Below are positions 26,943-36,651 of a stretch of DNA of 64,000 bases, one piece after another. Position numbers and translations under genes: made by a program. The notes under the pieces are model-generated. The model worked only from the letters and a program-made list of their open reading frames with translations, did not search any database and had not been told where the DNA came from. Source of the stretch: a virus (lineage: Duplodnaviria; Caudoviricetes); the IMG/VR virus record IMGVR_UViG_3300026161_000447, positions 1 through 64,000 of that record, one strand, 5' to 3'. Each line of letters starts with the position of its first letter. The stretch's first letter is position 1.

Positions 26943-28011
26943 TCAGCTTCGCCTCCAGTATCGCACTGCAGCGCACGTCCCGGTTGTCGTAGTTGAGCCA
27001 GAATGCCGCCCCCAGTTGCTCCGCCACCGCGTTCGGTATGCCGTCGGGGACCTTGGCGCGCCACTGGTCTTCGCGTTTGGCCTTCCCGCCGATCTCGGGG
27101 AAGAGGCGCAGGAAGTACGCGTCAGGGAACCTGTCACCGGCTTTTGGCGGGTCACGGCTGATGCGCCTGACGACCTCGCTTGGCCCACAGACGTCGGGGT
27201 AGTCCTGGCAGAAGGCCGCGGCGGTCTGGACCCACTCGCCGCTGTTGCGTCGCCGTCCCGCCGGTGACGCCAGGACGGCCCTGGCGACGTCTGCCGTCTG
27301 CTCGTCAGAGCAATTCCCGGGGGGCGCCGTTTGGCCGTCCGTGGGCTCCGGAGCGTCAGTCCCGCCACCTCGCGTGCGCGCGCGCTCCCCGCCGTTGCCG
27401 TACTTCCTTTCCCTTCCCTTCCCTTCAGGCGCAACTTCTGGCAACTCCTGGCAAGTGTTGATATGAGTTGCCAACTCAACTGCTCCACCTACCAACTGAA
27501 TGGAGCCAGTCATCTCCAACTGCCGGTCTATCCGCTCCCTCTCGTCCACAGAGAGCACCATGTACCACCTAGCGGCAACGGTGTTCCAGGCACGTGTTTT
27601 TCCATGTTGCTGCTTGTACAGAGCCAGTATCTTGTCCATCTGCTCCCACGACGTCAGGGGGGTCTGATCGTCTCTGGGAGGCTCTGGAAGAGAGCTCGGA
27701 GTCCGCTGGTTGCTGTCGATGATCTGTCGCTTGAACCACGACCTCAGGAACCCAAACTGGCCATCCCCGTAACACCTCACCACACCTATCCGCTCAAGAT
27801 CCTGGATCGACTTCTCGACATCCTCCACGTCGACGGGGTCAAGCCTGTTGAACACCAGTTCCAGTAGTGCGAAGGGGGACACCTCGAAGCGTCCCTCGTC
27901 ATCTGCAATGTCTGTGATGAGGGCAGCCAGCAGGAACCTGGTGTGCATCGGGAGCGGCCTCAGCTTCGGGTCCCTCCAAAATTCCTCGTCGAGCGTTCTG
28001 TGCCGAGACAT
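26920..28011 (-). CDS. Replication initiator / replisome organiser
   Basis: RTLDEEFWRDPKL...ADDEGR N-terminus, winged-helix-like region and low-complexity linker. Directly upstream of the helicase. Confidence 0.7.
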   Translation of the reverse strand: MSRHRTLDEEFWRDPKLRPLPMHTRFLLAALITDIADDEGRFEVSPFALLELVFNRLDPVDVEDVEKSIQDLERIGVVRCYGDGQFGFLRSWFKRQIIDSNQRTPSSLPEPPRDDQTPLTSWEQMDKILALYKQQHGKTRAWNTVAARWYMVLSVDERERIDRQLEMTGSIQLVGGAVELATHINTCQELPEVAPEGKGRERKYGNGGERARTRGGGTDAPEPTDGQTAPPGNCSDEQTADVARAVLASPAGRRRNSGEWVQTAAAFCQDYPDVCGPSEVVRRISRDPPKAGDRFPDAYFLRLFPEIGGKAKREDQWRAKVPDGIPNAVAEQLGAAFWLNYDNRDVRCSAILEAKLNEYKRAG

Positions 28012-28020
28012 TGCCAACTC

Positions 28021-28584
28021 CTATGCTGCAGCCTTGTCGAACCGCTTCCCCCGCGCGAGCTCGTAGGCACGCACTATGCGTGCGTCCTGCGCCGGGTCCC
28101 GTGCTATCTCGTCGTACAACGTGTGCTCGCCACCGGGGTGATGTAGGCCCCACTCGCCGATCACGAACTGCTCGCACTGACTACACCACCCCCACTCCGC
28201 CATGACGTCACAGCTTCCATCTGGCGAAACCCAGCCAAACCCCTCAGTGACGACCCCTGACCTGAGCTTCCTGATCGGCCACAGCTCATACGTCAGCACG
28301 AACACCAGCGAGTCCGTCTCTCTCGCAAGCTTCCTGCACAACTCGAACTCGCGCTGCCCTACGGCACACAGCATGGGCTTGACCTCGATCCAACACCGCT
28401 GATGGGGAAGCCAGAAGTCCGGCAGGTAGGGCGTCCCGTCGAGTCCGAACGCCTCTGGCTCGTACTCAAACGGGATCCCCAGCTCGTCCATGAACACCGC
28501 CCACCTGGCCTCCAGGCGCGAGCGGAACCGGTATCCCAGGTAGGTTGTGGGGATTGGCGTAATGCCCCAGCGGTCGTCCCCCAT
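28021..28584 (-). CDS. Phage PD-(D/E)xK endonuclease
   Basis: FRSRLEARWA, YEPE, YLPDFWL and IEVKP motifs. Confidence 0.8.
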   Translation of the reverse strand: MGDDRWGITPIPTTYLGYRFRSRLEARWAVFMDELGIPFEYEPEAFGLDGTPYLPDFWLPHQRCWIEVKPMLCAVGQREFELCRKLARETDSLVFVLTYELWPIRKLRSGVVTEGFGWVSPDGSCDVMAEWGWCSQCEQFVIGEWGLHHPGGEHTLYDEIARDPAQDARIVRAYELARGKRFDKAAA

Positions 28585-28592
28585 GTCTCCTC

Positions 28593-28859
28593 CTAACAGA
28601 GTCTCCCAAGTGTGAACGCCGACATCGCGAGTACCACCAGATCCGCCGACTGCGCGGCCGATAGCGCGCCATAGATTTCCAGGTAGAGGCTGCCGCCCGC
28701 GCCGCTCACCCTCACGTCCGTCTCCCCCAGGTCTCCGGCTTCGAGCACGTGAAGTCCCTTCAGTTTGTCCAAGACCGCGAAGTCAATGCGTGCCGCCTGC
28801 GCGTCATCGTGAATGACCGACCAACCACCAGCAAACGTGAGTGTGGTACAATGGGCCAT
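28593..28859 (-). CDS. Hypothetical protein (88 aa)
   Basis: AAGGAG SD before ATG at 28859, downstream of a structured leader. Confidence 0.5.
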   Translation of the reverse strand: MAHCTTLTFAGGWSVIHDDAQAARIDFAVLDKLKGLHVLEAGDLGETDVRVSGAGGSLYLEIYGALSAAQSADLVVLAMSAFTLGRLC

Positions 28860-29081
28860 GTCGACGCAGCTCCTTGCGTCGGCCACGCCCCGGGGTGGTG
28901 ACGACACCGCCGGGGCTTTGCCGTGTCACCGGAGCCAGAACACAAAGCGGCCCCGGCTTTGGTTGCGCTCTCTGGGGAGAGGTCGCGCAGGCCGTAGGCC
29001 GGGGCCGAACTTGATGGACTGTGAAGGCGTGCTTGTAGAACCACGAACGGCCTGCGACTACCTCTCCCCAGAGGTGTCGCC

Positions 29082-29110
29082 ATCGTACCACCGGCCGTCA
29101 GGGGCGTCAA
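29082..29110 (-). promoter_or_regulatory. Sigma70-type promoter upstream of the replication genes
   Basis: TTGACG, 17-nt spacer ending TGG, TACGAT. Intergenic. Confidence 0.6.
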
Positions 29111-29189
29111 GCACGTCATTCGCGGCCCTCTTATTGGCAGTTATTCCTGCCTACATTGCTGGTACTCTCTGATGCCTGTACGTGCTGCT

Positions 29190-30803
29190 TTAGGCGCTCT
29201 TGCGCCGCCGTCCCTGTTTCACCAGGCCGTCCATGACGGCTCCCACGATCTCCCTGCGGTTTGCCAGTGCCGCGTACACCCGTTCGTCAATCGTATTCGC
29301 CGCCAACAGGTGGTAGACAAAGACCGCCGACTGCTGACCCGGGCGGTCCGTGCGCTTGAGGCTCTGCTCGTAGTCCTTCAGGCTGAATGTGACGGAGAAG
29401 TAGATCGAGTAGTGGGCACGTGAGGCGTCGATGCCCTCGCCTCCCGCCTGTATCTGCACCGCCAGATCGAGGACGTCGCCGGCCTGCCAGGCGGCGAGGT
29501 CGTTGCGTCGACCGCTGAGCTCACCACACTTGCGGCCGAGCTTCTCGCAGACTGCGTTGATGACCTGGAGGTCGTGGACGAACCGGCAGAAGATCACCAC
29601 GGGCTCGTCGGCGGGGATATCGGAGAGGACGTCGGCAAGGAGCTCGGCCTTCTCGTCCCCGAGCTCGATGATCTCCGTCTCACCCTCGTCGTCCTTCGCG
29701 GGGAGAAAGCCGTTGGCGATCTGGGCGCAGCGCGTGAGCTTGGCGAAGACACACGCGGTGTCTACGGATCGCCCGTCCCCGATCTCGACACGCAGTTCCG
29801 TCTCCGCCTGGTCGTGTGCCCTGCGAGCCTTCGCTCCCAGGAGGCACAGGCGCTCCATGTGCGTGACGGGCGGCAGGTCGACGACATCGCGCGTCATGAC
29901 GCGGCACGTCCAGGGCTCGATAGCCGCCTGCGCCTGGTCGACGTCCTTGTATCTGGCAACGGCCGTGCGCATGAAGGCCGTCTTCGGGTCCTGCAGCATC
30001 TCGTCAATGCGCCGATGCCCCAGGTACTCAAGGGCCTGGGCCGTCGGCTGGACGTGGCCGGACCGTTCCAGGCATGCGACGGCCGGCTCACCGAAGCGGT
30101 CGACAGCCGCCGCCCGCTCGTCGGGGGTGAAGGGTGGCTTCAGGGCATTGAGGAGGTCGAGCATCTTGCGACCGAAGGGCCGTGGGTTCTCCCGCATGTC
30201 CTGCTCCTTCGTGACGACGAAACGGCGTCTGAATGCCCAGAAGTCGGTGCCGAAGATGTCCCTGTTGATGACCTCAAACTGCGGGAACAGATCGAGGACA
30301 CTGTGGGGCATGGGCGTCCCTGAAAGGCAGAGGCGATGGGGTACTTTCCTGGCAGTAGTTCTTGCCACTTCCGACTGCCTGCCGTCCGCGGCCTTGATCC
30401 GGTGGCATTCGTCGTAGACCACGAGATCCCATGGCAAGCCGGCGAGGGTCGACGCCATCGGCTCGCGGATCGTGCTCTCGTAGTTGAGCGCCACTGCGAG
30501 CCCTAGGTCGTCGACGTCGGCGCAGAGGAAGCTGGCACCGACCTTGGCGGCGCGGTCCTTGACGGTCCCCTCGTCAAGTGGCAGCACCAGCCAGTTGCTG
30601 AGGCCGCACTTGGCGAACTCCTTGGGCCACACGCGGATCACGGACTTCGGGCACATGATCAGCAGCCGGCGGCACCGCCACTTGACTGCAAGCGCCAGGG
30701 CGGTGCGCGACTTGCCGGCGCCCATGTCGAAGGCCAGCATGCCGCTGCCCAGCGGGCCGAGCTTGTCGACGGCCTGTTGCTGGTGCTCCCACAGGTCGAT
30801 CAA
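29190..30803 (-). CDS. Second SNF2-family helicase (no intein)
   Basis: WEHQ, FDMGAGKS, YDECH, LSGTP, AGGEGID and QSLKRTDRPGQ. TTG start after a GGAGG SD. Confidence 0.88.
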   Translation of the reverse strand: MIDLWEHQQQAVDKLGPLGSGMLAFDMGAGKSRTALALAVKWRCRRLLIMCPKSVIRVWPKEFAKCGLSNWLVLPLDEGTVKDRAAKVGASFLCADVDDLGLAVALNYESTIREPMASTLAGLPWDLVVYDECHRIKAADGRQSEVARTTARKVPHRLCLSGTPMPHSVLDLFPQFEVINRDIFGTDFWAFRRRFVVTKEQDMRENPRPFGRKMLDLLNALKPPFTPDERAAAVDRFGEPAVACLERSGHVQPTAQALEYLGHRRIDEMLQDPKTAFMRTAVARYKDVDQAQAAIEPWTCRVMTRDVVDLPPVTHMERLCLLGAKARRAHDQAETELRVEIGDGRSVDTACVFAKLTRCAQIANGFLPAKDDEGETEIIELGDEKAELLADVLSDIPADEPVVIFCRFVHDLQVINAVCEKLGRKCGELSGRRNDLAAWQAGDVLDLAVQIQAGGEGIDASRAHYSIYFSVTFSLKDYEQSLKRTDRPGQQSAVFVYHLLAANTIDERVYAALANRREIVGAVMDGLVKQGRRRKSA

Positions 30804-30804
30804 G

Positions 30805-31080
30805 CTAGAACCCTCCAAAGACGTCGTCGTCGTCATCGCCCGCCTGGCCTGGCTCCTCCACGCGCTCGACCTTCACCGGCCCGTGCTCCCGCAGGTGCGC
30901 CTTCACCAGCCGCTTGCCGAAGTCAAGCGCCGCCGTGTAGCTGCCCTCGAACTCTTCGCTGATGCCGAGGGCGTCGCAGGTGACGTGGTGCGTCCGGCCG
31001 AAGCTGGTCACGTCAACCGGGTAGGGGTCTGGGTCCGCCTTCTGGCTATTGATGCCGTACCGCTCAGCGAGTTTGCCCAT
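30805..31080 (-). CDS. Hypothetical protein (91 aa)
   Basis: GGAGG SD, operon-coupled. Confidence 0.55.
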   Translation of the reverse strand: MGKLAERYGINSQKADPDPYPVDVTSFGRTHHVTCDALGISEEFEGSYTAALDFGKRLVKAHLREHGPVKVERVEEPGQAGDDDDDVFGGF

Positions 31081-31294
31081 CTCGCGCCTCCCTCTCGGCC
31101 TGCAGCGCGGCGAGGGCCTTGCGCGTCACCGCAAGCTCCTCGCGGAGGGCGTCTCGTTCCTCGGCGATGCTGAGCACGTGACCGGCGATCCCCTCTGCCT
31201 CGGCGTGCTGGTAATCTCGAATGGGGTGCGCGCAGGCTCTGAGCACTTGCTTGCGAATGCGGTCCCAGAGCTCGTTGTGCTCGTCAGTTGCCAT
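31064..31294 (-). CDS. Hypothetical coiled-coil protein
   Basis: Operon-coupled, helical composition. Confidence 0.5.
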   Translation of the reverse strand: MATDEHNELWDRIRKQVLRACAHPIRDYQHAEAEGIAGHVLSIAEERDALREELAVTRKALAALQAEREARDGQTR

Positions 31295-31862
31295 GGGTTG
31301 CACCCGCCTCCAGCGCCGCCCGGCCCTCCGCCGTGATGAACCAGCGAGCCCACCGCGACCTCGGGATTGGCGGGATGTCCACGAGCCTCGGCTCCCGCAG
31401 CATCAGCCCGCCCAGCGCACACCGCTCGTCACCCGTCCACATGCTGTCAGACAGCCCCCCGCCCGGCTGCCTCGCCAGCCGCTGCAGCACCGCCACTTCG
31501 AGCTGGTCCAGCGCCGGCGAAGTGCCCGTCGCCCCAGTGCGCTCCGCCCGCATCCTCAGCGCCGTCTCCGCCAGCCGCAGATTGCTTGGCTGCGTCTCCA
31601 TCGCATCGGCCACGATGGTGTCCTGCACCCAGTGCTGCAGGGCAGTCAGAACCACCTGGCCCCACTCGGTCAGCGTGATCCCGTCGCCGTCGCCGTCGTC
31701 GACCGCGAAGCCCTTGATCTTGATGTCGTTGAGCACGCGGCGGCGGTCGTCTCCGAGCGTGAGCATACTCAGCCCGTGCAACAGAGCGTCCAGGTCCATG
31801 GCGTTGTGGCCGGTCAGCTCTGGGACGGCTGCTACTAGCGTCTCGGTTGGTGTCTGTGTCAT
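31284..31862 (-). CDS. Hypothetical protein with winged-helix-like segments
   Basis: GITLTEWG and WFITAEGRAAL resemble winged-helix wings. Confidence 0.55.
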   Translation of the reverse strand: MTQTPTETLVAAVPELTGHNAMDLDALLHGLSMLTLGDDRRRVLNDIKIKGFAVDDGDGDGITLTEWGQVVLTALQHWVQDTIVADAMETQPSNLRLAETALRMRAERTGATGTSPALDQLEVAVLQRLARQPGGGLSDSMWTGDERCALGGLMLREPRLVDIPPIPRSRWARWFITAEGRAALEAGATHGN

Positions 31863-31866
31863 GGTC

Positions 31867-32337
31867 TCAGCGCTCCCCTCTCACTGCAACCGTCCCTCTC
31901 ACAACCACCCACCCGTCCACCCTCGCCTGCCCCTGCGTCGGCCACCAGGTGTCAACCCACGTCCCGCCCAGCCTCTCGGCATTGTGGTCGTTGGCTGCCG
32001 ACCCCGTGTCCAGCACCTGCCGCAGACCCGCCTGCGGCGTCCACAGCCACGTGTACTGCGCCAGGCGGTTGCTGGCCGCCGTGCGCATGCTGCACCGCTG
32101 GTCGTGCCCGTCGTAGCGTCCGGACGGCTCTGTGCCGTAGTAGGCGGTCAGCACGAGGGCACGAGGGCGGCCGTCCGCGACGATGGCCGCGTACCCCTTG
32201 GTCTGCCACTCGCTGAGGCTGCCGTAGTGGCCCGCCAGGGCCTTGACCGCGCACCGCATCGCAGGGTCGGCGGGAAGATCGGGTGGGGCTGTCGGCAGGG
32301 CGTAGATCAGCGCCGCAATGGCGATCTGTGCTATCAT
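31867..32337 (-). CDS. Secreted 3D-domain-like (double-psi barrel) protein
   Basis: Hydrophobic N-terminus; LTAYY, RTAA, QVLDTG and WVDTW motifs. Confidence 0.55.
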   Translation of the reverse strand: MIAQIAIAALIYALPTAPPDLPADPAMRCAVKALAGHYGSLSEWQTKGYAAIVADGRPRALVLTAYYGTEPSGRYDGHDQRCSMRTAASNRLAQYTWLWTPQAGLRQVLDTGSAANDHNAERLGGTWVDTWWPTQGQARVDGWVVVRGTVAVRGER

Positions 32338-32409
32338 CGTCCTGCTACCTCTCTGGTGGTGTTGGGCTTGGGCCCCGCCCCCGGCCAAGGTCAGCGGGGC
32401 CCGCTTGCT

Positions 32410-33081
32410 CTATGCCTTCTCAGCATCCGCGCAACTGGCGCAGAGCGCGCTCTCCGTGCTGTCCAGCGCGACGCCGTCGCAGCCGTCGCCCGCGCAGGGC
32501 TCGGCGTAGGTCAGCCCGAGTGTGTCTGCAGCCTCGTCTGCCGCGTCGCGCAGCCACCAGATGGCGCGCGCCTGCTCCTCCGGGGTCTCCTGTACGATGG
32601 CGTAGGCGACGAGCGTCTCGCGGGTGATGGTCGGGTGAGCCCTTTCTGCGGCGCGCTTGTGCTCCGCCTCGATCAGTCGTCCGCGCAGGACGTTCTGCAT
32701 CTCGACAAGCTCCGCCACGCGGAGCTTCAGGGCGTCGCGCTCCACCGCTCCTGCGAGCACGACGTCCATGGCGCGCTTGAGCGTCTCGATGATGGTCTCG
32801 ACGGTGCCCTCGTCGCCACAGGGGTCGGTCAGGTCATAGATGGCCTGCTGCAGGTCCGCGAGGGTCCGGGCGGTGTCGGGCGTCGTGGCGCGGGCCTGCA
32901 GCGTGAGTAGCTCCGCCAGCGCGTGGTCGCGTTGCTCCTGCAGCTCAGTGAGCCTGCGGGCGATGGCCTCGCTCTCCGCGAATACGGCCTCTCCAGAGAG
33001 TTCGCGGGTATGCCGGATGTGGTGGGCTGTGTGCCACCAGATGTCGTTGTAGTGTTTGACCTCGGCTGGTGTCTCGCTCAC
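32410..33081 (-). CDS. Hypothetical coiled-coil protein with C-terminal Cys cluster
   Basis: GTG start after GAGGAG. Ends CAGDGCDG...CASC. Confidence 0.55.
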   Translation of the reverse strand: MSETPAEVKHYNDIWWHTAHHIRHTRELSGEAVFAESEAIARRLTELQEQRDHALAELLTLQARATTPDTARTLADLQQAIYDLTDPCGDEGTVETIIETLKRAMDVVLAGAVERDALKLRVAELVEMQNVLRGRLIEAEHKRAAERAHPTITRETLVAYAIVQETPEEQARAIWWLRDAADEAADTLGLTYAEPCAGDGCDGVALDSTESALCASCADAEKA

Positions 33082-33154
33082 CTCAGCATCTCCTCGCCCA
33101 TCGCTCACGCAGGCCTCGCAGCGGAGCGGCTGGTCGTCGCCGTACCGCAAGAAC

Positions 33155-35203
33155 TCACGCCGCCTTCCTCCCCTCGTCGCCCCCCGGCAGCAACGTGGCG
33201 GCGCCGTGGCCGACCATCCCGCCACTCACCCAGTACACGGCTATCCCGGACCCTGTCGGGTACTGCGTCGGCAGGGCCCCCGCCTCGACATACTCGCGCG
33301 GCGTGCACGTCACCAGTGCACGGACGCCGCTGCCGTACAGCATGGCCAGTAGTGGGCTGAGGTTGTGCATGTCGAGCATGTCGGCGCCATCGACCACCAC
33401 CAGCGGCCAGCTCGTGAGCCCTGCGAACGCCACCTGGCAGGCCACTCCCACTCGGTACTGCTCGCTGTCGGAAAGGGCGACGACGGGTGTCGCCTGCTGA
33501 TCCCCGGCCTTGCGCACCGCAAGCTCGAACTCCGCGCCGGGTTCGGCCTCCAGCGTGAAGCCCCAGGGCTCCAGCGCGTCGTTGATCGGCTCCAACACGC
33601 GGCCGATGCTCTCGGCCATCGCCTCCGCCGGCAACCCCGCGGGTTCGAGCCGCTTGACCAGCGCATCCAGCACGTGCCAGACGCGCTCCGCCTCCTGTAG
33701 CTTGGTCTCCGTGTCGTCGGCCGTCTCCGCCCCGGCCTCGGCCTTCGCCGCCGCCTGTACGGCTGCGTCCAGCGCCGCCTGCGCCGCCTGCATCGAGGCC
33801 TCCGCCTCGTCCCTGGCCTCCGTCAACCCCTCGATGTCGGGCTCTTCGAGGCTGTCGGCTGCCGCCTGTGCCGACGTGAGCGAGGTCTTGGCCTTCGCCA
33901 GGCCCTCCTTCCGTTCGCTGACGGCACGCTCGAGATCGCTCTTCTGCTGCTCGTGGCCCTTCCAGGCGTCCCGCAGGTTCTCGGCATTGCCCGCCGCCAG
34001 GCCCGCCTGCGCCGCCGCCGTGTCCGCCTCTCTGATCTCTCGAGCCAGGTCGTCGCGCTTGGCGCTGAGCTCAGCCAGCCCCTCTCGCGCACGGGCCACC
34101 GCCGCCTCCCGGTCGGTCGCCGACAGCGGGCACTCCACCGTCGGCAGCACGGCACAGCCGGTGCCTTCGGCGGCCGCGAAGGCCTCGATCTGGGGGCCGA
34201 GGGTCTCGACTTGCCCACGGACCCTCGCGGCCTCCTCACGCAGGGCACTGACGGCCTTCGCCGCCTCTGTCGCCGCCTCTCGAAGACCCCCGATCTCCTC
34301 GTCTGTCGGCCGCGGCCTCTCAGGCGGCTTGATTCCCTTGAGCTGCACCACCGACCGACCCAACAGCTCCTCCCAGCGCGCGACCTCCGCCTCTGAATCC
34401 TCCACGGCCTTGGCCGCCGCGCCGTTAGCCTGCTGGGACTTCTCGGCCGCCTTCAGAGCCCCGACGGCGTCCATGTACGCCCTGCTGGCCGCGTCCCTGG
34501 CGGTCGTCAGTGCCCCGATGTCCGCCGCGGGCTCGGCGGCCTGCGTCGAGGCCTGGGCCTCGGCCGCCTCCAGCACCTTCTGCAGCGCGTCTCGCTTCCC
34601 GTTCGCCTCCGTCCGGCGCTTGTACGCCGCCTCCTTGAGCATCGTCAGCAGCCCGCTGCCCGTCAGCGTCGTGGCCAGTTCGTCTTCGAGCAGGGCCAAC
34701 TGCTCGTCATTGAGCTTTGCTCTCACCCACGAGGCGTCGACGTCCGCGCCGTCGACCAAGCCGAACAGGAGGGACTGCTGGTCCTTCGCCGGCAGCGCGA
34801 GGAACGCGCCCGGCGAGAGCATGCAGTCGAGCACATCCGCCCTCGGCAGCAACGCCGTCAGCTCCGCCGCCGCGTCCTTGTCCGGGAGGTCGCTGACCAG
34901 CCGGCCCTTGCTTCCCGGCTCGATGCGCCGGCTGATCGCCCCACGGTCGGTCTCGAGGGTGATCTCCGCGGCGCGCGAACCGTGGCGGACCAGCCGCCCC
35001 GAGAGGTTGCCGTTCTTCTGGGTGTAGCGGCAGTAGCCCTGGAGAACGTACTGGACGGAAGCCGCGACCGTCGTCTTGCCCTCCCCATTGTGGCCGAGGA
35101 GGAGGGTGAGGGCCTGCGGCTCGATGACCGCCTCACGCACGCCGCGCACGTTGCGGACGCTGATGCTTCTGATCTTCGTGATCTGGCTGGTCTTGGCCAT
35201 CAC
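33155..35203 (-). CDS. SMC/Rad50/SbcC-like ATPase
   Basis: RNVRG, GHNGEGKTT, long coiled coil with central C-x7-C, LSDSEQ signature, VVVDGAD Walker B. Confidence 0.85.
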   Translation of the reverse strand: MMAKTSQITKIRSISVRNVRGVREAVIEPQALTLLLGHNGEGKTTVAASVQYVLQGYCRYTQKNGNLSGRLVRHGSRAAEITLETDRGAISRRIEPGSKGRLVSDLPDKDAAAELTALLPRADVLDCMLSPGAFLALPAKDQQSLLFGLVDGADVDASWVRAKLNDEQLALLEDELATTLTGSGLLTMLKEAAYKRRTEANGKRDALQKVLEAAEAQASTQAAEPAADIGALTTARDAASRAYMDAVGALKAAEKSQQANGAAAKAVEDSEAEVARWEELLGRSVVQLKGIKPPERPRPTDEEIGGLREAATEAAKAVSALREEAARVRGQVETLGPQIEAFAAAEGTGCAVLPTVECPLSATDREAAVARAREGLAELSAKRDDLAREIREADTAAAQAGLAAGNAENLRDAWKGHEQQKSDLERAVSERKEGLAKAKTSLTSAQAAADSLEEPDIEGLTEARDEAEASMQAAQAALDAAVQAAAKAEAGAETADDTETKLQEAERVWHVLDALVKRLEPAGLPAEAMAESIGRVLEPINDALEPWGFTLEAEPGAEFELAVRKAGDQQATPVVALSDSEQYRVGVACQVAFAGLTSWPLVVVDGADMLDMHNLSPLLAMLYGSGVRALVTCTPREYVEAGALPTQYPTGSGIAVYWVSGGMVGHGAATLLPGGDEGRKAA

Positions 35204-36651
35204 CTGAACCCCCCAAACGACGCCTGGCCGCCGTTGCCACTCGCCGCCGGCTGCGCGGCCGGTGCGTCCGTAGCCGCTGGCGCCTGCGCCGGTGTAGCGC
35301 CCTTGGCCGACTGGCTCTCACCCGCCGCCTTCGCCCGTGTCTTCTTGCCGTTTCCGCCGCCGCTCTCCGCCGCGGCTGCTGTCTCCCACGTCTTCAGCAT
35401 CGCCTTCAGACCGTCCACCGCCTGCGCTGCCCGCTCCCCGTCAAGTTCGGTGAAGAACGCCACTCCGAACTGCTTCAAAGCCATCTTCTCCACTACGTCA
35501 GGCACCTTGCCCATGCCGGCGGCCTGCTCGAGCAGTGCCGCCCAGGCGTCGACCTGGCCGGACGTCGGCCCCGCCTTTGTGCCGTCTGCCTCTTCGGGCT
35601 GGCCCTGCGACCACTGCTCAATAGCCTTCCGCAGCCCCTCGATGGCCTCCGTCGCCTGTTCCTCCGCCAGGTCCTCAAAACGGCTCTGCCCCAGGGCGCC
35701 GCAGACCTTGCTCTCGACGTCCGCGGCATCCGCGCCCAAAGCCACCGCCTGCTCCACGAGCTCCGCCCACTGTGCCCTCTGCTCGAGGCTCGCCGCCGGC
35801 GGCGCGGCGTTCGGGTACAAGCCCTCGGGCTGGCTCTCGTCCACGTCCACGTCCACGTCCACGTCGACCTCGCCCTCCTCAGCCTCGTCCCACGAGGCAC
35901 TGGGGGCAGGAAGCGCCGCGGGCGGCGCCACTCGCCCGCCAGAGAGCTGGCGGCGTTCGGCGGCAATGGCGGCGTGAAGCTGCTTCGCATCGTCAAAGCT
36001 CAGTTGAGGTGGGATCAAGTTCAGGAGTGCCTTCGTGACGGTTTTCAGGAACGGCTTGCCTTCCCTATCAACCCCCGTGTAGGTGATGGCCTCCGGGATC
36101 CGCGCCAGGCGGAACTGGACACGCAGGATGTCCTGGGGATTGCCCGTGATGTCGACGACGCGCTGCAGCGCCATCTCGTAGGCGTCGTAGACCTTGTTTA
36201 TGCCGTGGAAGCTACCTGTGTCGATCTGGAAAACGCCGAAGATGCTGACCTTCGGCAATATCACCATCAGGTTGCCGACCTCCGTGCAGCGTTTCTCCAG
36301 GAAGTGAGGGCAGTCTTTGTAGTGGCAGGCGATCTCCTCGAACCCGCCCGTCGCGCTGTTGAATGCCACGGCGGTGTTCCCGTCGCCCCGGCACAGCAGG
36401 CGGTCGGTTCCGTACCGCTTGAGGCTCACGGGAAACCACTCGGCGATGTCGACACACGGCACCATGACGTCGAGTTCCGTGGGCTTGGCGCCGTAGACAT
36501 CGGCGACCCCCGGTGCGTCGGCGAGATCGAAATGCGGCAGGTCGCGCGGGTACTCTTTGCCGTCCTTGACCGCCTTCTCACCCAAGCCGATCTTCCCCAG
36601 GCGAGGCAGTCTCTTGCGCCGGAAGCCCTCGATCATTGATCCGATACTCAT
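35200..36651 (-). CDS. Phage recombination protein (recombination-directionality-factor-like / Gp3-like family, as recalled)
   Basis: RLPRLGKIGLG..YP, LCRGDG, four-Cys cluster and GVFQIDTGS. Sits between the exonuclease and the SMC-like gene. Confidence 0.6.
   Translation of the reverse strand: MSIGSMIEGFRRKRLPRLGKIGLGEKAVKDGKEYPRDLPHFDLADAPGVADVYGAKPTELDVMVPCVDIAEWFPVSLKRYGTDRLLCRGDGNTAVAFNSATGGFEEIACHYKDCPHFLEKRCTEVGNLMVILPKVSIFGVFQIDTGSFHGINKVYDAYEMALQRVVDITGNPQDILRVQFRLARIPEAITYTGVDREGKPFLKTVTKALLNLIPPQLSFDDAKQLHAAIAAERRQLSGGRVAPPAALPAPSASWDEAEEGEVDVDVDVDVDESQPEGLYPNAAPPAASLEQRAQWAELVEQAVALGADAADVESKVCGALGQSRFEDLAEEQATEAIEGLRKAIEQWSQGQPEEADGTKAGPTSGQVDAWAALLEQAAGMGKVPDVVEKMALKQFGVAFFTELDGERAAQAVDGLKAMLKTWETAAAAESGGGNGKKTRAKAAGESQSAKGATPAQAPAATDAPAAQPAASGNGGQASFGGFR

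Noticed and set aside
35839-35868. (GTCCAC)x4-5 tandem repeat
   Set aside because: Encodes a VDVDVD low-complexity linker. No sign of phase variation, since the unit is a multiple of 3.
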